64,000 nucleotides of DNA. It comes from an uncultured Chloroflexia bacterium. GTDB lineage: Bacteria; Chloroflexota; Limnocylindria; Limnocylindrales; CSP1-4. The translations under genes were made by a program, and so were the position numbers. Below are positions 9,057 through 18,692 of this stretch, piece after piece. Every line of letters starts with the position of its first letter. Positions within the stretch are counted from its first letter, which is position 1. The notes under the pieces are model-generated. The model was not told where the DNA came from and did no database searches. It saw nothing but the letters and a program-made list of their open reading frames with translations. Location: contig CAVXPZ010000001.1 in the NCBI GenBank assembly GCA_963763775.1, forward strand, positions 1,024,001 to 1,088,000. The letters run 5' to 3'.

Positions 9057-10372
9057 TGCACGGCACCAACCTCGTCTCCACGGAACGCCGTTTCGAGGTC
9101 GCCGGGATCACCCGCGTCGAAGGCGAGGGGTCGCTCCGCCTCGTCGTCCGTGACGGGCGGGTCGAGGAGGCGCAGCTGGCGATCTTCGAGGCGCCGCGCT
9201 ACTTCGAGCAGCTGGTCGTCGGGCGTACGCCGGACGAAGTCCTCGACATCGTCGCCCGCATCTGCGGCATCTGTCCGATCGCCTACCAGATGTCGGCCGT
9301 CCATGCCTTCGAGGACCTCGCGGGGATCGCCATCGATCCAGCGGTGCGGGCCCTGCGACGCCTGCTGTACTGCGGGGAGTGGATCGAGAGCCACGCCCTC
9401 CACGTCTACCTGCTGCACGCCCCGGACTTCCTCGGCTGCGCGAACGCGGTCGAGCTCGCCGCGCTCGACCGGGCGGCCGTCGAGCGCGGCCTCCAGCTCA
9501 AGCAGGCCGGCAACCGGATCGTCTCCGTGCTGGGCGGGCGACCGATCCACCCGGTCAGCGTGCGGGTCGGCGGGTTCTCCCGTGTCCCGACCAGGGCCGA
9601 GCTGGCCGTCCTGCGCCCGGACCTCGAGCGGGCACTCGACCAGGCCCTCGCCACCGTCGACTGGGTGACGGGCTTCTCGCCGCCCGACTTCGAACGCGAG
9701 GAGCGGTTCGTCTGCCTGCGCCATCCGGACGAGTACCCGATGAGTGACGGCCGGATCGTGTCGTCCGACGGCCTCGACCTGGCGCCGACGGCCTGGGAGG
9801 AGGCGTTCGCCGAGGAGCACGTCCCCTGGACGCACGCCCTCCAGTCGCGCATGGCCGATCGCGTGCCGTACCTGCTGGGACCGGCGGCCCGGATCACGCT
9901 GACGCCCGAGCGACTCCATCCGGAGGCGCGGACGGCCCTCGAGCGGACCGGGCTCGCCGGCGAGATCGCCCGCAACCCGAACTGGAGCATCGCGGCCCGG
10001 GCCGTCGAGCTCGTGCACGCGGTGGCCGAGGCCCTCGATGTGATCGACGGCTACGCGCCGCCTGACCGGGCCGCCGAGCCGTACGTCCCCGGCCCCGGGA
10101 CCGCCGCGTGGGCGACCGAGGCGCCGCGCGGTCTCCTCTTCCACCACTACGAGCTCGATGCGCGCGGCCGGATCGCCAGCGCGAAGATCGTCCCCCCGAC
10201 GAGTCAGAACCAGGCGGCCATCGAAGCCGACCTGGCCGCCTTCGCCCCCTCGATCCTCGGCGAGCCGCACGACATCGCCGTCAAGCGACTCGAGATGCTG
10301 ATCCGGAGCTACGACCCGTGCATCTCGTGCGCCACGCACTTCCTCGACCTGCGCGTGGAGGCGGCACCATGA
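9056..10372 (+). CDS. hydA: Group 3b [NiFe]-hydrogenase large (alpha) subunit
   Basis: TRVEGEG, L1 RICGICP, EAPRG, PPTSQN, L2 DPCISCATH plus C-terminal extension. Confidence 0.95.
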   Translation: MHGTNLVSTERRFEVAGITRVEGEGSLRLVVRDGRVEEAQLAIFEAPRYFEQLVVGRTPDEVLDIVARICGICPIAYQMSAVHAFEDLAGIAIDPAVRALRRLLYCGEWIESHALHVYLLHAPDFLGCANAVELAALDRAAVERGLQLKQAGNRIVSVLGGRPIHPVSVRVGGFSRVPTRAELAVLRPDLERALDQALATVDWVTGFSPPDFEREERFVCLRHPDEYPMSDGRIVSSDGLDLAPTAWEEAFAEEHVPWTHALQSRMADRVPYLLGPAARITLTPERLHPEARTALERTGLAGEIARNPNWSIAARAVELVHAVAEALDVIDGYAPPDRAAEPYVPGPGTAAWATEAPRGLLFHHYELDARGRIASAKIVPPTSQNQAAIEADLAAFAPSILGEPHDIAVKRLEMLIRSYDPCISCATHFLDLRVEAAP

Positions 10373-10911
10373 ACGGCGTCCTCCCGAGCCCGACGATCCG
10401 CATCGTCGTCTGCGGGAACGCCGACCGGGGCGACGACGGCGCCGCGCTCGTGACGGTGGCGACGCTCCTGCCCGCCCTCCCCCGTCCCCTCCTCAAGAAG
10501 CTCGAGGTGCGCCGCTGCATGGAGTTGCGGGTCGAGGACCTCGTCGACCTGCCGGCCGATGTGTGGTGCCTGATCCTCGATGCCGTGATCGGCGTCGAGC
10601 CCGGAGAGATCGTCAAGATCACGCTCGAGGAGCTCGCGGAACGGCCGGCCTTCACGCCCCGTTCGTCGCACCAGCTCCCGATCGACATGGTCCTGGGCCT
10701 GGCCGGCATCCTGCGCAACGGCCCGGTCATGGGCACGTTCATCGGTCTCGCTGGGCACGGGTTCGGCTACGGGACGCCACTGTCGCGCGTCGTCCGAGCG
10801 GCCATCCCGGCGTATCGGACCGCGATCGAGACCGAGTTGCTGCATCTGGCGGCCCACACCGAGACGACCGCTGACCGCCATCCCGCCAACCACGTCGGCG
10901 GGGAGGCGTGA
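10369..10911 (+). CDS. Hydrogenase maturation protease
   Basis: CGNADRGDDG, ILDA, SSHQ motifs; ATGA overlap with large subunit. Confidence 0.88.
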   Translation: MNGVLPSPTIRIVVCGNADRGDDGAALVTVATLLPALPRPLLKKLEVRRCMELRVEDLVDLPADVWCLILDAVIGVEPGEIVKITLEELAERPAFTPRSSHQLPIDMVLGLAGILRNGPVMGTFIGLAGHGFGYGTPLSRVVRAAIPAYRTAIETELLHLAAHTETTADRHPANHVGGEA

Positions 10912-10912
10912 C

Positions 10913-11152
10913 ATGTGCCGCACCACCGTCGGCGCCGTCATCGCCGTGGAGGACGGGGTCGCGCTCGTCGACCTCGACGGGGTCACCCGTCGCGCCATCG
11001 CGCTGATGGTCCCCGACCTGGAGCCGGGCGAGCTCGTGCTCGTCGGACTCGGGACGGTCCTGGGCCGCGTCGCACCGGCCGATCGAGCCGTCCTGGACGC
11101 CCTCGACCGCATCCCGCCGCCAAACCAGCCGGGCGCCCCCGGCCCCGTCTGA
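10913..11152 (+). CDS. hypC: HypC/HupF-family chaperone (atypical)
   Basis: 79 aa, N-terminal MC, ALVDLDGVTR, PGELVLVGLG (conserved His absent). Confidence 0.75.
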   Translation: MCRTTVGAVIAVEDGVALVDLDGVTRRAIALMVPDLEPGELVLVGLGTVLGRVAPADRAVLDALDRIPPPNQPGAPGPV

Positions 11153-11174
11153 TCAGTCCCCCAAGGAGGACACC

Positions 11175-12092
11175 GTGTCGATCCCGCGAACCACCGGATG
11201 GGGGGTGGGGCTCGCTGCCACCACCGCCGTGATCTCCGGCGTCTCCATCTTCGTCAACGGGCTCGTCGTGAAATCGTTCCCGGACCCGGTCGCCCTCACG
11301 GGAGCCCGCAACGCCATGGTCGGGTTCGTGCTCGTGGCGATCCTGCTGGCGACCGGGGGTCTGGCCGAAGTCCGCGCGCTCGACCGGCGGCGGGCGGGCG
11401 GACTGGTCGTCCTCGCGGTCATCGGCGGCAGCGTGCCGTTCATCCTGTTCTTCAGCGGCCTCGCGGCCGCTACCGGCCCGGGCGCGGCGTTCATCCAGAA
11501 GACCCTGTTCATCTGGGTGGCCGTCCTCGCGATGGTCTTCCTCGGCGAGTCACTCGGGATCGCCCAGGTCCTCGCGCTCGGCGCCCTCCTGGCGGGCGTC
11601 ATCCTCGTCGGGCCGAGTGCGGCCCCCGGCGCCGGGCCGGCGGAGTTCATGATCCTGGTCGCCACCCTGTTCTGGGCCGTCGAGGTGATCGTGGCTCGGC
11701 GCCTGCTCGGGTCCGAGGGCGTCAGCGTCCGCCTGGCGGCCGCATCGCGGATGGCCCTCGGCGCGCTCGTCATCGCGGGGTTCCTGCTGGTCACCGGCCG
11801 GATCGGCGCGGTGGCCGCCTTCACGCTCGACCAATGGGCCATCGTCGCGACGACCGGCGCGCTCCTGCTCGGGTACGTGACCACCTGGTACGCCGCCCTG
11901 CAGCGAGCCCCCGCGAGCATCGTCACGGCGGTGCTGGTCGGGGGCGCCCTCATCACCGCCGCGCTGTCCTCGATCCGCACCGGCGAGCTCCCCGCCCCGA
12001 CCGCCGAGGGCGGGCTCGTCCTCCTGGCCGTCGCGATCGCGATGGTGGCGTGGACAGGCACCCGATCGCGGCAGACGCGTGTCGTGGCATGA
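11175..12092 (+). CDS. EamA/DMT family transporter
   Basis: About 10 TM segments in two repeats, LAMVFLGE motif; AAGGAGG RBS. Confidence 0.88.
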   Translation: MSIPRTTGWGVGLAATTAVISGVSIFVNGLVVKSFPDPVALTGARNAMVGFVLVAILLATGGLAEVRALDRRRAGGLVVLAVIGGSVPFILFFSGLAAATGPGAAFIQKTLFIWVAVLAMVFLGESLGIAQVLALGALLAGVILVGPSAAPGAGPAEFMILVATLFWAVEVIVARRLLGSEGVSVRLAAASRMALGALVIAGFLLVTGRIGAVAAFTLDQWAIVATTGALLLGYVTTWYAALQRAPASIVTAVLVGGALITAALSSIRTGELPAPTAEGGLVLLAVAIAMVAWTGTRSRQTRVVA

Positions 12093-12895
12093 CCGACCTG
12101 GCATCGTCGGCAGCCGTCCCGGCCGGGTCCGAGCCGGCGCCGCGCGGCGCCCTCGGCCAGTGGCTGCCAGGCCCCCTGTTGTTCGCCCGGTTCGCGTTCC
12201 CGCCGAACCGGCTCGGCCTCTGCGGGCCGGAGAGCGGCGGGGCCCTTCCCGAGCTCGTGCGCACGGGCCGCATCGATCCAGAGCTGCGCCGCATCGCGCA
12301 AGGGTTCGAGGGCGCGTACCCATACCTCGAGATGATCGCGGCCGAGAACGACCTCGCGGATCCGCTCGACCCGCGCGTCGTCGAGGCGTATTGGCTCGGG
12401 AACGACCTGCTCGGCGGCGTGGGCCCTCGGGCGCGCCACGACGACCTCACGGGACGTTTTCGGGCACGAACGGCCCTTCGCGAATGGCCGTGGCTGGAAG
12501 CGAAGGCGGGATCCCCGTCGGTCGTCCACCACAGCTTCCACGTGCTCGAGATCCTGCCGCGGATCGGCCTGATCCGGGGCGGCCTGCCGCCCGCCATGAC
12601 CCGCGTCCTCGAGCGCTGCCTCGTCCGGCCGGCGAGGCTCGTCGCCGTGGGGCCCGAGTCGCTGGATGTCGAGCTCCGGCCGCTCGAGATGCTGGATGGC
12701 GCCCTGGCGTGGGGGGCGCCGCGGATCGAACGGCTGGAGCCACCGAACGGCGAGGGCTACGGGGACGTGCTCCTCCCCGGCGATGACGTGGCCGTCCATT
12801 GGGACCGGGTGTGCGGCCGGCTTGCGCCGCGACAGGTCGCGCGACTGACCGCGGTCACGGACCGGAACCTCGCGGTCGCGAACCAGACGATCTAG
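12089..12895 (+). CDS. DUF6390-like hydrogenase-associated protein
   Basis: LFARFAFPPNRLGLCGP, FEGAYPYL, VVEAYWLGN, HHSFHVL, VAVHWDRVC; ATGA coupling. Confidence 0.75.
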   Translation: MTDLASSAAVPAGSEPAPRGALGQWLPGPLLFARFAFPPNRLGLCGPESGGALPELVRTGRIDPELRRIAQGFEGAYPYLEMIAAENDLADPLDPRVVEAYWLGNDLLGGVGPRARHDDLTGRFRARTALREWPWLEAKAGSPSVVHHSFHVLEILPRIGLIRGGLPPAMTRVLERCLVRPARLVAVGPESLDVELRPLEMLDGALAWGAPRIERLEPPNGEGYGDVLLPGDDVAVHWDRVCGRLAPRQVARLTAVTDRNLAVANQTI

Positions 12896-13554
12896 ATCCC
12901 CGCCGCCGCGCGCAGGGCCTGACCGGCCGCCCACAGGTCGGGAACGTCGCGCCGCAGCCGGACCTCCTCGACCTGGAGGAGCCGCCACAGGTCGCCGCGG
13001 GCGAGCCGGAGCTGGTCGCTGTGCCGGTATCGGTCTGCGACGTCGGCGACGAACGCCGCATACCGAACCACCGGAGCCGCGTCGGCGACCTTCGTCTCGA
13101 AACCGGGCGCGTAGTCCACCGCGACCATGAGTCGGCCGAAGAACGCGCCGAGGTCCTGGGCCCCGATGTCCCAGGCCTGCGAATGGCCGCCGCGCCGCAG
13201 CAGCGGGGCCGGCGAGGTGAAGACCGCGACGGTCACGCCGTCCACCGAGCCGGCCGACAGGTGGCCGCCGAACGTCAGGTACTCGTTCGACACGGACAGC
13301 CGGTCGACGATCCGGATGAGGCCCCAGGAGAAGTCGGCCGCGACCGGCATCCGGTCGGCGTGGGTCAGCGTGGCACGGGTCCCGCGGCCGCCCGAGGTGA
13401 CCCAGTACTCCACGACCTCGGGGTCGTAGTGACGGAGCGTGGGCTGGTCGCGGAGCGCGACCAGCAGGTAGGCGGGCCCCGGCCGGTCGGGCAGGTCCGG
13501 CTCGGCCAGGAACCCCCACTCGGCGAGTCGCGTCGCGGCCTCGGTCAGCTCCAT
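12892..13554 (-). CDS. Hypothetical protein
   Basis: 220 aa, host-like codon use, globular composition; stop overlaps the convergent gene. Confidence 0.75.
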   Translation of the reverse strand: MELTEAATRLAEWGFLAEPDLPDRPGPAYLLVALRDQPTLRHYDPEVVEYWVTSGGRGTRATLTHADRMPVAADFSWGLIRIVDRLSVSNEYLTFGGHLSAGSVDGVTVAVFTSPAPLLRRGGHSQAWDIGAQDLGAFFGRLMVAVDYAPGFETKVADAAPVVRYAAFVADVADRYRHSDQLRLARGDLWRLLQVEEVRLRRDVPDLWAAGQALRAAAGI

Positions 13555-13588
13555 GACCCCATCCTCGCACGGCCACCGGGCACGGCGA

Positions 13589-13667
13589 GGGCCGAAGGGA
13601 CCGTCCGGCCCGTGCCGAACGGGCGTCGGCCCGTCCGCATCGCCCGTCCCAACGTGACCTTCGACCC
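13589..13667. promoter_or_regulatory. Cluster of DosR/OsdR-like boxes upstream of the CBS-BON/PFOR operon
   Basis: GGGCCGAAGGGACC (13589), GGACCGTCCGGCCC (13598), GTGACCTTCGACCC (13654). Confidence 0.5.
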
Positions 13668-13758
13668 TATCGACCGCCGCATGTGGGCCCGAAGCTCAGG
13701 GCACGAACCACGACGCGTCCCCTCGGACGCCCGCCAGCACGTGCCACAGGAAGGCTCG

Positions 13759-14472
13759 GTGACCACGATGATGACCATCCAGAACGTCATGACCTCCGAG
13801 GTGACGGCGGTCCACCCGGAGACGACGCTCAAGGACGTCGCACGGATCCTCGTCCAGCGCGGCATCAGTGGCCTTCCCGTGGTCGACGACGACGGCGTCG
13901 TCCTCGGCGTCATCTCGGAGGCGGACCTGCTCATCAAGGAGCAGGGGGCGACGGCGATCCCGCATCGGCGCGGCGCCCGGATCCGCGGCGAGTCCAGGAC
14001 CCACCACACGGCGCTCGCCAAGGTCAAGGCGACGACCGCCGGTGAGGCCATGACGTCCCCGGCGATCACGATCGAGCCCGAGGCGTCGCTCCCAGCGGCC
14101 GCGGCGATCATGGTGGACCGAGCCGTCAACCGGCTGCCGGTCACCAAGTTCGGCGTCCTCGTCGGGATCGTGTCGCGGGCCGACCTCGTCCGCGCCTACG
14201 TCCGCAGCGACGACCAGATCGCGGAGTACATCCGCTACGACCTCCTGCTCCGTCACCTGCTCGTGAACCCGGTCCTCTTCGAGCTGACGGTCAAGGACGG
14301 GGTGGTCCACATCGCCGGCCAGGCCGAGACCCGCTCGATCGCCGAGATGATCGACCGCCTGGTCGCCACCGTGCCGGGCGTGATCGCGGTCGATGCCAAG
14401 ATCACCTGGGCCTTCGACGACGGGCACGTCGCGGCGCCCGAGCGCGACCTCGTCTATCCGTCGTCCCGGTGA
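13759..14472 (+). CDS. CBS-pair plus BON domain protein
   Basis: ISGLPVVD..GVISEADLL, VNRLPV..GIVSRADLV, C-terminal VKDGVVHIAG..VPGVIAVD (BON). Confidence 0.92.
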   Translation: MTTMMTIQNVMTSEVTAVHPETTLKDVARILVQRGISGLPVVDDDGVVLGVISEADLLIKEQGATAIPHRRGARIRGESRTHHTALAKVKATTAGEAMTSPAITIEPEASLPAAAAIMVDRAVNRLPVTKFGVLVGIVSRADLVRAYVRSDDQIAEYIRYDLLLRHLLVNPVLFELTVKDGVVHIAGQAETRSIAEMIDRLVATVPGVIAVDAKITWAFDDGHVAAPERDLVYPSSR

Positions 14473-16465
14473 CGACGATGATCGACCAGGCGCCGGTCAC
14501 GCCCCGCTACCCGGGGACGCGCGCGATCGTCGACGGTTCGGAAGCGATCGCGTCGGTCGAGACGCGCATCAGCGAGGCGGCGTGCGCCTACCCGATCACG
14601 CCGTCGACGACGATGGCCGCGATCTACCAGGCGGCCGTCGCCGACGGCCGCACGAACCTGTGGGGCACGCCGCTCCGGTTCATCGAGCCGGAGTCCGAGC
14701 ACTCCTCGGCGTCGGCCGCCGAAGGGTTCGCCCTCGCCGGCGGTCGCGTGACCAACTTCACGGCTGGCCAGGGCCTGATCCTCATGAAGGAAGTCCTGTA
14801 CGTGATCGCCGGAAAGCGACTTCCCGCGGTCTTCCACGTCGGGGCCCGCGCCCTGACCAGCCAGGCGCTGAACATCCACGCCGGCCACGACGACATCATG
14901 GGTGTCGCGGACACCGGCTGGGCCATGCTCATCGCCCGCAACGCCCAGGAGGCCGCGGACCTGACGGCGATCGCCCGGCGCGTCGCCGAGGAGACCGAGA
15001 CGCCGGTCTTCGTGGTCCAGGACGGGTTCCTGACCACGCATACGCTCGAGGACCTCCGGCTGCCCGAGGACGAACTGCTGCGGGCGTTCGTCGGCGACCC
15101 GCGCGAGCGGATCCGGAGCTACTTCGACCCCGACGAAGCCCTGATGACCGGCGTCGTCCAGAACCAGGACAGCTACATGAAGGGCCGCATCGGCCAACGG
15201 GCGTTCTACGACCGGCTCCCTGGAGCCCTGGCCGCTTCGATGGCGGAGTGGACACGCCTGACCGGCCGACCGTACGGCCCGATCGATGCCTACCGCTGCG
15301 AGGACGCGACCGAGATCGTCGTGGCGATGGGCACCATCGCCGACACCGCGGCCGCGGTCGTCGATCACCTGCGAGCCCGGGGCCGCGCCGTCGGGTGCGT
15401 GGCGGTCACCGCGTTCCGCCCCTTCCCCGCGACGGCGCTCGCCGAAGCGCTGCACCGCGCCCGGACGATCGGCGTCATCGAGCGCACCGACGATCCGGCG
15501 GCGGGCGAGCAACCCGCTCACCCGCGAGGTCAAGGCGGCGCTGTTCGACCTCGCGTCCGACAGCTGGCCCGCGCCGCGCGTCATGTCCGCGTCGGCGGGT
15601 CTCGGCTCACGCGACGTGACGCCGGGCGACCTCGTCGCGTGCTTCGACTGGCTCGCCGACCCCAAGGCCCACGACCGCCGGTTCGTCGTGCTCGGCGTCC
15701 GTCATCCGCTCGCGCTCGAGCGCGTGGACGGTCGACCTGACGCCCGCCGGGCGCCTACCGCGTGCGCGGCCACTCGATCGGCGGCTTCGGGTCGGTCACG
15801 ACCAACAAGCTCGTCGCGGCCGCTCGTCGGCGACCTGTTCGGCCGGCACGTCCAGGCCTACCCGCGGTACGGCTCGGAGAAGAAGGGCCTGCCGACCAGC
15901 TACTTCCTGATGATCGCGGACGCGCCGATCCACTCGCACGCCGAGCTCGACCACGTCGACTTCGTGCCGCTCCACGACGTGGCCGCGTTCCGGCAGGGCG
16001 ACCCGCTGAGCGGGCTGGTCGATGGCGGGGCGGTCTTCGTCCAGACCCCGCTCGAGCGACCCGGAGGCGATCTGGTCAGCCATCCCGGCCGAGGCGCGCG
16101 CCGAGATCCTCGCGCGCGGCATCCACGTCTGGCGCCCTCGACACGACCGCGCTCGCCCGCGCCCACGCGCCCCGACCCGAGCTGCTCGTCCGGATGCAGG
16201 GGGTTGCGCTCGTCGGGCGTCTTCCTGCGGGTCGCGCCGTTCGCCTCGCAGGCCGGCTTCGACCGCGAGGCGCTCCTCGGCGCCGTCCGGGTCCAGCTCG
16301 GCCGGTTCTTCGGCAAGCGCGGCGGGGCCGTCGTCGACGCCAACCTCGCGGTCGTCGACCGCCGCCTACGACCACGTCATCGATGTCACCGGGGCCGTCA
16401 CCGGTCTCGTGCCCCGCCCCGCCGCCGAGCTGGTCGCCGTCGGGACCGGGAAGGAGGCCGACTGA
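14469..16465 (+). CDS. NifJ-type pyruvate/2-oxoacid:ferredoxin oxidoreductase, N-terminal (alpha+gamma) part; several frameshifts
   Basis: YPITPST, EPESEHS, FTAGQGL, LNIHAGHDD, GLGSRD, GHSIGGFGSVTTNK, YGSEKKG across frames; indels between about 15500 and 16370. Confidence 0.85.
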
Positions 16466-16881
16466 TGGATCCCACCGTCACCCGAGAACTGGTCCGCGAT
16501 CTCATGACCGCCGACCCGATCATGGTCACGGCCGACACCCCGCTGCCGGAGGTGGCCGAGCTGCTCGAGCGGTCCGACATCAGCGGCGTGCCGGTCGTCG
16601 ACGACGCGGGCTCCCTGGTCGGGGTCATCAGCGGCACCGACCTGATGAAGGTCCGCGCGACGGACGACCTCTGGTCGAGGTGGCCCGGTCTCGCGGCCCG
16701 CCACCTCATGACCCACCCGGCGCTCACGGTCTCCGCGGAGACGCCGATCACGGACGCCATCCATCGGATGGAGGCCGAGCACGTCCATCGGCTCGTCGTG
16801 GTCGCCGATGACGGGCGGACGCCGATCGGCGTCATCTCGACGACGGACGTCGTGCGGGCCATGACCGGACGACGGGCATGA
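16465..16881 (+). CDS. CBS domain protein
   Basis: ISGVPVVD..GVISGTDL, VHRLVVV..GVISTTDV; TGATG and ATGA coupling on both sides. Confidence 0.9.
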   Translation: MDPTVTRELVRDLMTADPIMVTADTPLPEVAELLERSDISGVPVVDDAGSLVGVISGTDLMKVRATDDLWSRWPGLAARHLMTHPALTVSAETPITDAIHRMEAEHVHRLVVVADDGRTPIGVISTTDVVRAMTGRRA

Positions 16882-18584
16882 CCGACCTGCTGAGCCCGCT
16901 GACGCCCGAGGACACGACCCTGCGCAAGCCGGTCGGCGAGCCCATGGAGGCCCACCAGGCGACGCTCGCCGGCACCGCCACGACGTTCGACGTCCACGGC
17001 TACGTCGACGACTTCAACAGCACCGTCATCGATGCCTACCGGCGCAATGTCGCCGATGGCGACCTGCCGGCGGACCGGGCCGTCGCGCGCAGCATCATCC
17101 CGCCCGCGACGGCGGCGGTCCGCGACTTCAGCGGGCTGGCGCCGCTCATCCCCGACGTCATCCGGGAGGCCTGCGTCGGCTGCATGACCTGCGTCAGCGC
17201 CTGCCCGGACACCGCCATCCTGGGGATCGCCCTGCCGGGCGGCACGCTCGAGGAGCGCACCGCCGCGTTCGTCGCCGCCACCCCGGCGCCAGACGCGGCC
17301 CGCGCGTCGATCGAGGCGCACTTCTCACGGACGCAGAAGTACGCCGAGGTGCCGTCGCGCAAGGGCCTCGAGCCGGCGTCGTTCGGGATCTTCGTCGACC
17401 CGATCCACTGCAAGGGCTGCGTCGGAGTGCGTCGACCGTCTGCCACGCGCTCGGGTACGACGCGCTCCGGATGGTCGACAAGACCGCGGTCGAGCCGAGT
17501 GGCGAGCGGGTCCTGGACCGCGTCGAGCGCGACATCCGCTTCTTCCGCACCCTGCCCACGACCCCGATCGAGTATCGCAACGAGAAGGCTCTCGCCGACA
17601 TCATGCTCGGCGAGCACGCGCTCGGGCTACGTCGGCGGTGCCGGATCGTGCTCCGGCTGCGGCGAGGCCACGGCGCTCCGGATGCTCGTCGCGGCCACCC
17701 GCCAGGTCCACGGCCCCGAGATCGATGGGCATCGTCGCCGCGACCGGCTGCAACACGGTCTACGGCAGCACGTATCCGTTCAACCCGTACCTCGATCCCG
17801 TGGACGAACTCGCTCTTCGAGAACGCCCCGGCGGTCGCGCTCGGGATCCGGGCCCGATGGGACGCCGGAGGCCATCGCGACCGACGGCTGTGGGTCGTCG
17901 GCGGCGACGGCGCGATGTACGACATCGGCTTCCAGGCGCTGTCGCGGATGGTCGCATCCGGCGCCGACATCAAGGTCCTCGTGCTCGACACGCAGGTCTA
18001 CTCGAACACCGGCGGGCAGGCGTCGACGGCCACGTTCGGCGGCCAGGTGACGAAGCTGTCGGCGTTCGGGAAGGCGCAGCACGGCCGGCCCGAGCGGCGC
18101 AAGGAGCTCGGCCGCATCCTGATGGCCCACGGCGATGTCTACGTCGCCGAGTCCACACCGGCCCACATCAACCACTTCTACCGGGCGATCATGGACGCCA
18201 ACGCGTACCCCGGGCCGGCCGTGATCATCGCGTACACGCCCTGCCAGCCGGAGCACGGGATCGCCGACGACGCGTCGAACCGCCAGGCGAAGCTCGCCGT
18301 GGACTCGCGCGCGTTCCCGCTCTTCACGTACGACCCGCGCCGCGGTCCATCGATGCACGAGCGGCTGTCCCTCCAGGGCAACCCGTCGCTGCGCGAGGAC
18401 TGGACGGCGCTCCCCGACGGGACGTCCGTGGACTTCCTCGCCTTCGCGAGGACCGAGGGCCGGTTCGCGCCGCACTTCGGGCCCGACGGGACGCCGACGC
18501 GCCGAGATCCTCGCGACGCAGGAGGACCGGCTCCTGAACTGGCGCGGCCTCCAGGAGCTGGCCGGCACGACGCCGAAGGCCTGA
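16878..18584 (+). CDS. NifJ-type 2-oxoacid:ferredoxin oxidoreductase, C-terminal (ferredoxin plus TPP-binding beta) part; frameshifts
   Basis: CVGCMTCVSACP, CKGC, AGSCSGCGE, GGDGAMYDIG, LDTQVYSNTGGQAS; corrected frame ends NWRGLQELAG..TGA 18584. Confidence 0.85.
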
Positions 18585-18645
18585 CGCCCGCGCTGGACCG
18601 CGTTTCGCCCGGCGCGACTTCCGTTTCGGTGATCATCCTGTTACC

Positions 18646-18661
18646 GTAGCCATCCGGTTAC
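18646..18661. promoter_or_regulatory. Imperfect palindrome, possible ArsR operator
   Basis: GTAGCC-ATCC-GGTTAC upstream of the operon containing the ArsR gene. Confidence 0.35.
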
Positions 18662-18692
18662 CGACCGCGGCGACGACACAGGAGGCTCCACC

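Noticed and set aside
14469-18584. Programmed frameshifting in the PFOR genes
   Set aside because: Shifts are multiple, lack slippery heptamers and match the indel pattern seen across unrelated genes
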